A stretch of DNA of 64,000 nt from the human T2T-CHM13v2.0 reference genome, Homo sapiens. The stretch lies in NCBI RefSeq assembly GCF_009914755.1, contig NC_060941.1; one strand, 5' to 3'. Below, piece after piece: positions 62,793-64,000 of this stretch. Numbering within the stretch: position 1 is the first letter of the stretch; every line of letters begins with the position of its first letter. The position numbers and the translations under genes are program-made. The notes under the pieces are model-generated. The model searched no databases. It was not told the origin of the DNA and saw only the letters and a list, made by a program, of their open reading frames with translations.

Positions 62793-63212
62793 TACTAGTT
62801 ACCAATTTATGACTTTTAGCTCCAAATGCACCGTTCTTTGCTCTGCTTTGTGATAGTAGAGCTGGACCCTGGAAACATTTCAATGCCAGGTGGCGGAATG
62901 TTAGCCTTTGTCGGTAGAGGGCACTGGAGGGATACTGCAAGGCATAGCAGGAGGAGGAAGAGGGTGTTTCTTTAGGTTCTAGGATGCTTTTCTTCCTCTG
63001 ATCGTGTGGCTCTCAGCAGCTTGCAGAAGACTCAGTAGTGCCCACCTTCCAGCTTGTTCTGCCAGCCTCCCACTGGGTACCTTCCAGCTTGCCAGCATTG
63101 GACTGTAGCACCATGGCCAGTCACTACTCCCTACTTTTACTATTTCTGTCTTCCTTAGAGTGTTCTTTAAATTCTGTTAGCACAAAACTACCTTTCACTA
63201 GTTAATAATTCT
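62793..63212 (+). mobile_element. LTR41-like ERVL LTR
   Basis: agctccaaatgcaccgttctttgctctgctttgtgat...gtagagggcactggagggatactgcaagg. Confidence 0.7.
62909..62926 (+). promoter_or_regulatory. CTCF motif in LTR41
   Basis: TGTCGGTAGAGGGCACTG resembles the CTCF core at the LTR41 site position. Confidence 0.45.
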
Positions 63213-63986
63213 TTTTAAAAAACTTTTAATTTCAGGGGTACATAAGCAGGATGTGCAGGTTTGTTACACATGTAAATGTGTATCATGGGGGTTTGTTGTA
63301 CAGACTTATTTCATCACCCAGGCATTAAGCCTAATATCCATTAGTTATTTTTCCTGATCCTCTCACCCCTTCACCCTCCACCGTCTGATAGGCCCCAGTG
63401 TGTGTCGTTCCCCTTGGTGTCTACGTGTTCTCATTTAGTTCCTACTTATAAGTAAGAACATGTGATATTTGGTTGTCTGTTCCTGTGTAAGTTTGCCAAA
63501 GATAATGGTCTCTAGTTTCATCCATGTCCCTGCAAACGACATGATCTCATTCTTTTTTATGGATGCATAGTATTCCATGGTGTATATGTACCAGATTTTC
63601 TTTATCTAGTCTATCATTGATAGGCATTTAGGTTGATTCCATCACTTTGCTATTGTGAATAGTGCTGCAATGAACTATGAACTTATACATGCATGTGTCT
63701 TTATAATAGAATGACTTATATTCCTTTGGGTATATACCCAGTAGTAGGATTACTGGGTTAAATGATATTTCTGTCATTAGGTCTTTGAGGAATTGCCACA
63801 CTGTTTTTCACAATGGTTGAACTAATTTACACTCCCACCAACAGTGTCTAAGTATTCCTTTTTCTCTACAACCTCACCAGCGTCTGTTGTTTTTTGACTT
63901 TTTAGTAATATCCATTCTAACTGGTGTGAGATGTTATCTCATTGTGGTTTTGATTTGCATTTCTCTAATAAGGAGTGATGTTGAGC
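63213..63986 (-). mobile_element. L1PA15/16-like 3' part
   Basis: ttcaggggtacat...gatgtgcaggtttgttacac...ttatttcatcacccagg. Confidence 0.88.
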
Positions 63987-64000
63987 AGGAGAATGGCGTG

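Overview
Primate (most likely human) non-coding genomic DNA, intergenic or deep intronic, with well over half derived from transposable elements. It contains about 18 Alus (J, S, Y), a full-length but dead L1PA7/8-type LINE-1, a 5'-inverted L1PA4-type element, older L1M/L2/MIR fragments, MaLR/ERV1/ERVL solo LTRs, hAT-family MITEs and microsatellites. I can support no host protein-coding exon, RNA gene or CRISPR-like system. The ORF track is explained by L1 ORF1/ORF2 remnants, Alu or LTR read-through and chance ORFs. Subfamily names come from recalled consensus features, not from a RepeatMasker run. I did not find a new biological system. The most unusual signals are structural: (i) a composite inverted duplication at 59.2-59.9 kb whose two arm pairs differ in identity (95% vs 84%); (ii) two inverted Alus about 6 kb apart sharing about 10 non-consensus variants; (iii) a polyadenylated, TSD-flanked retrocopy of an ERV1 LTR R region; (iv) a locally duplicated MER33 fragment; (v) candidate regulatory sites (CTCF in MER20 and LTR41, a GC-box/CCAAT cluster, a palindromic CRE, two perfect AREs).
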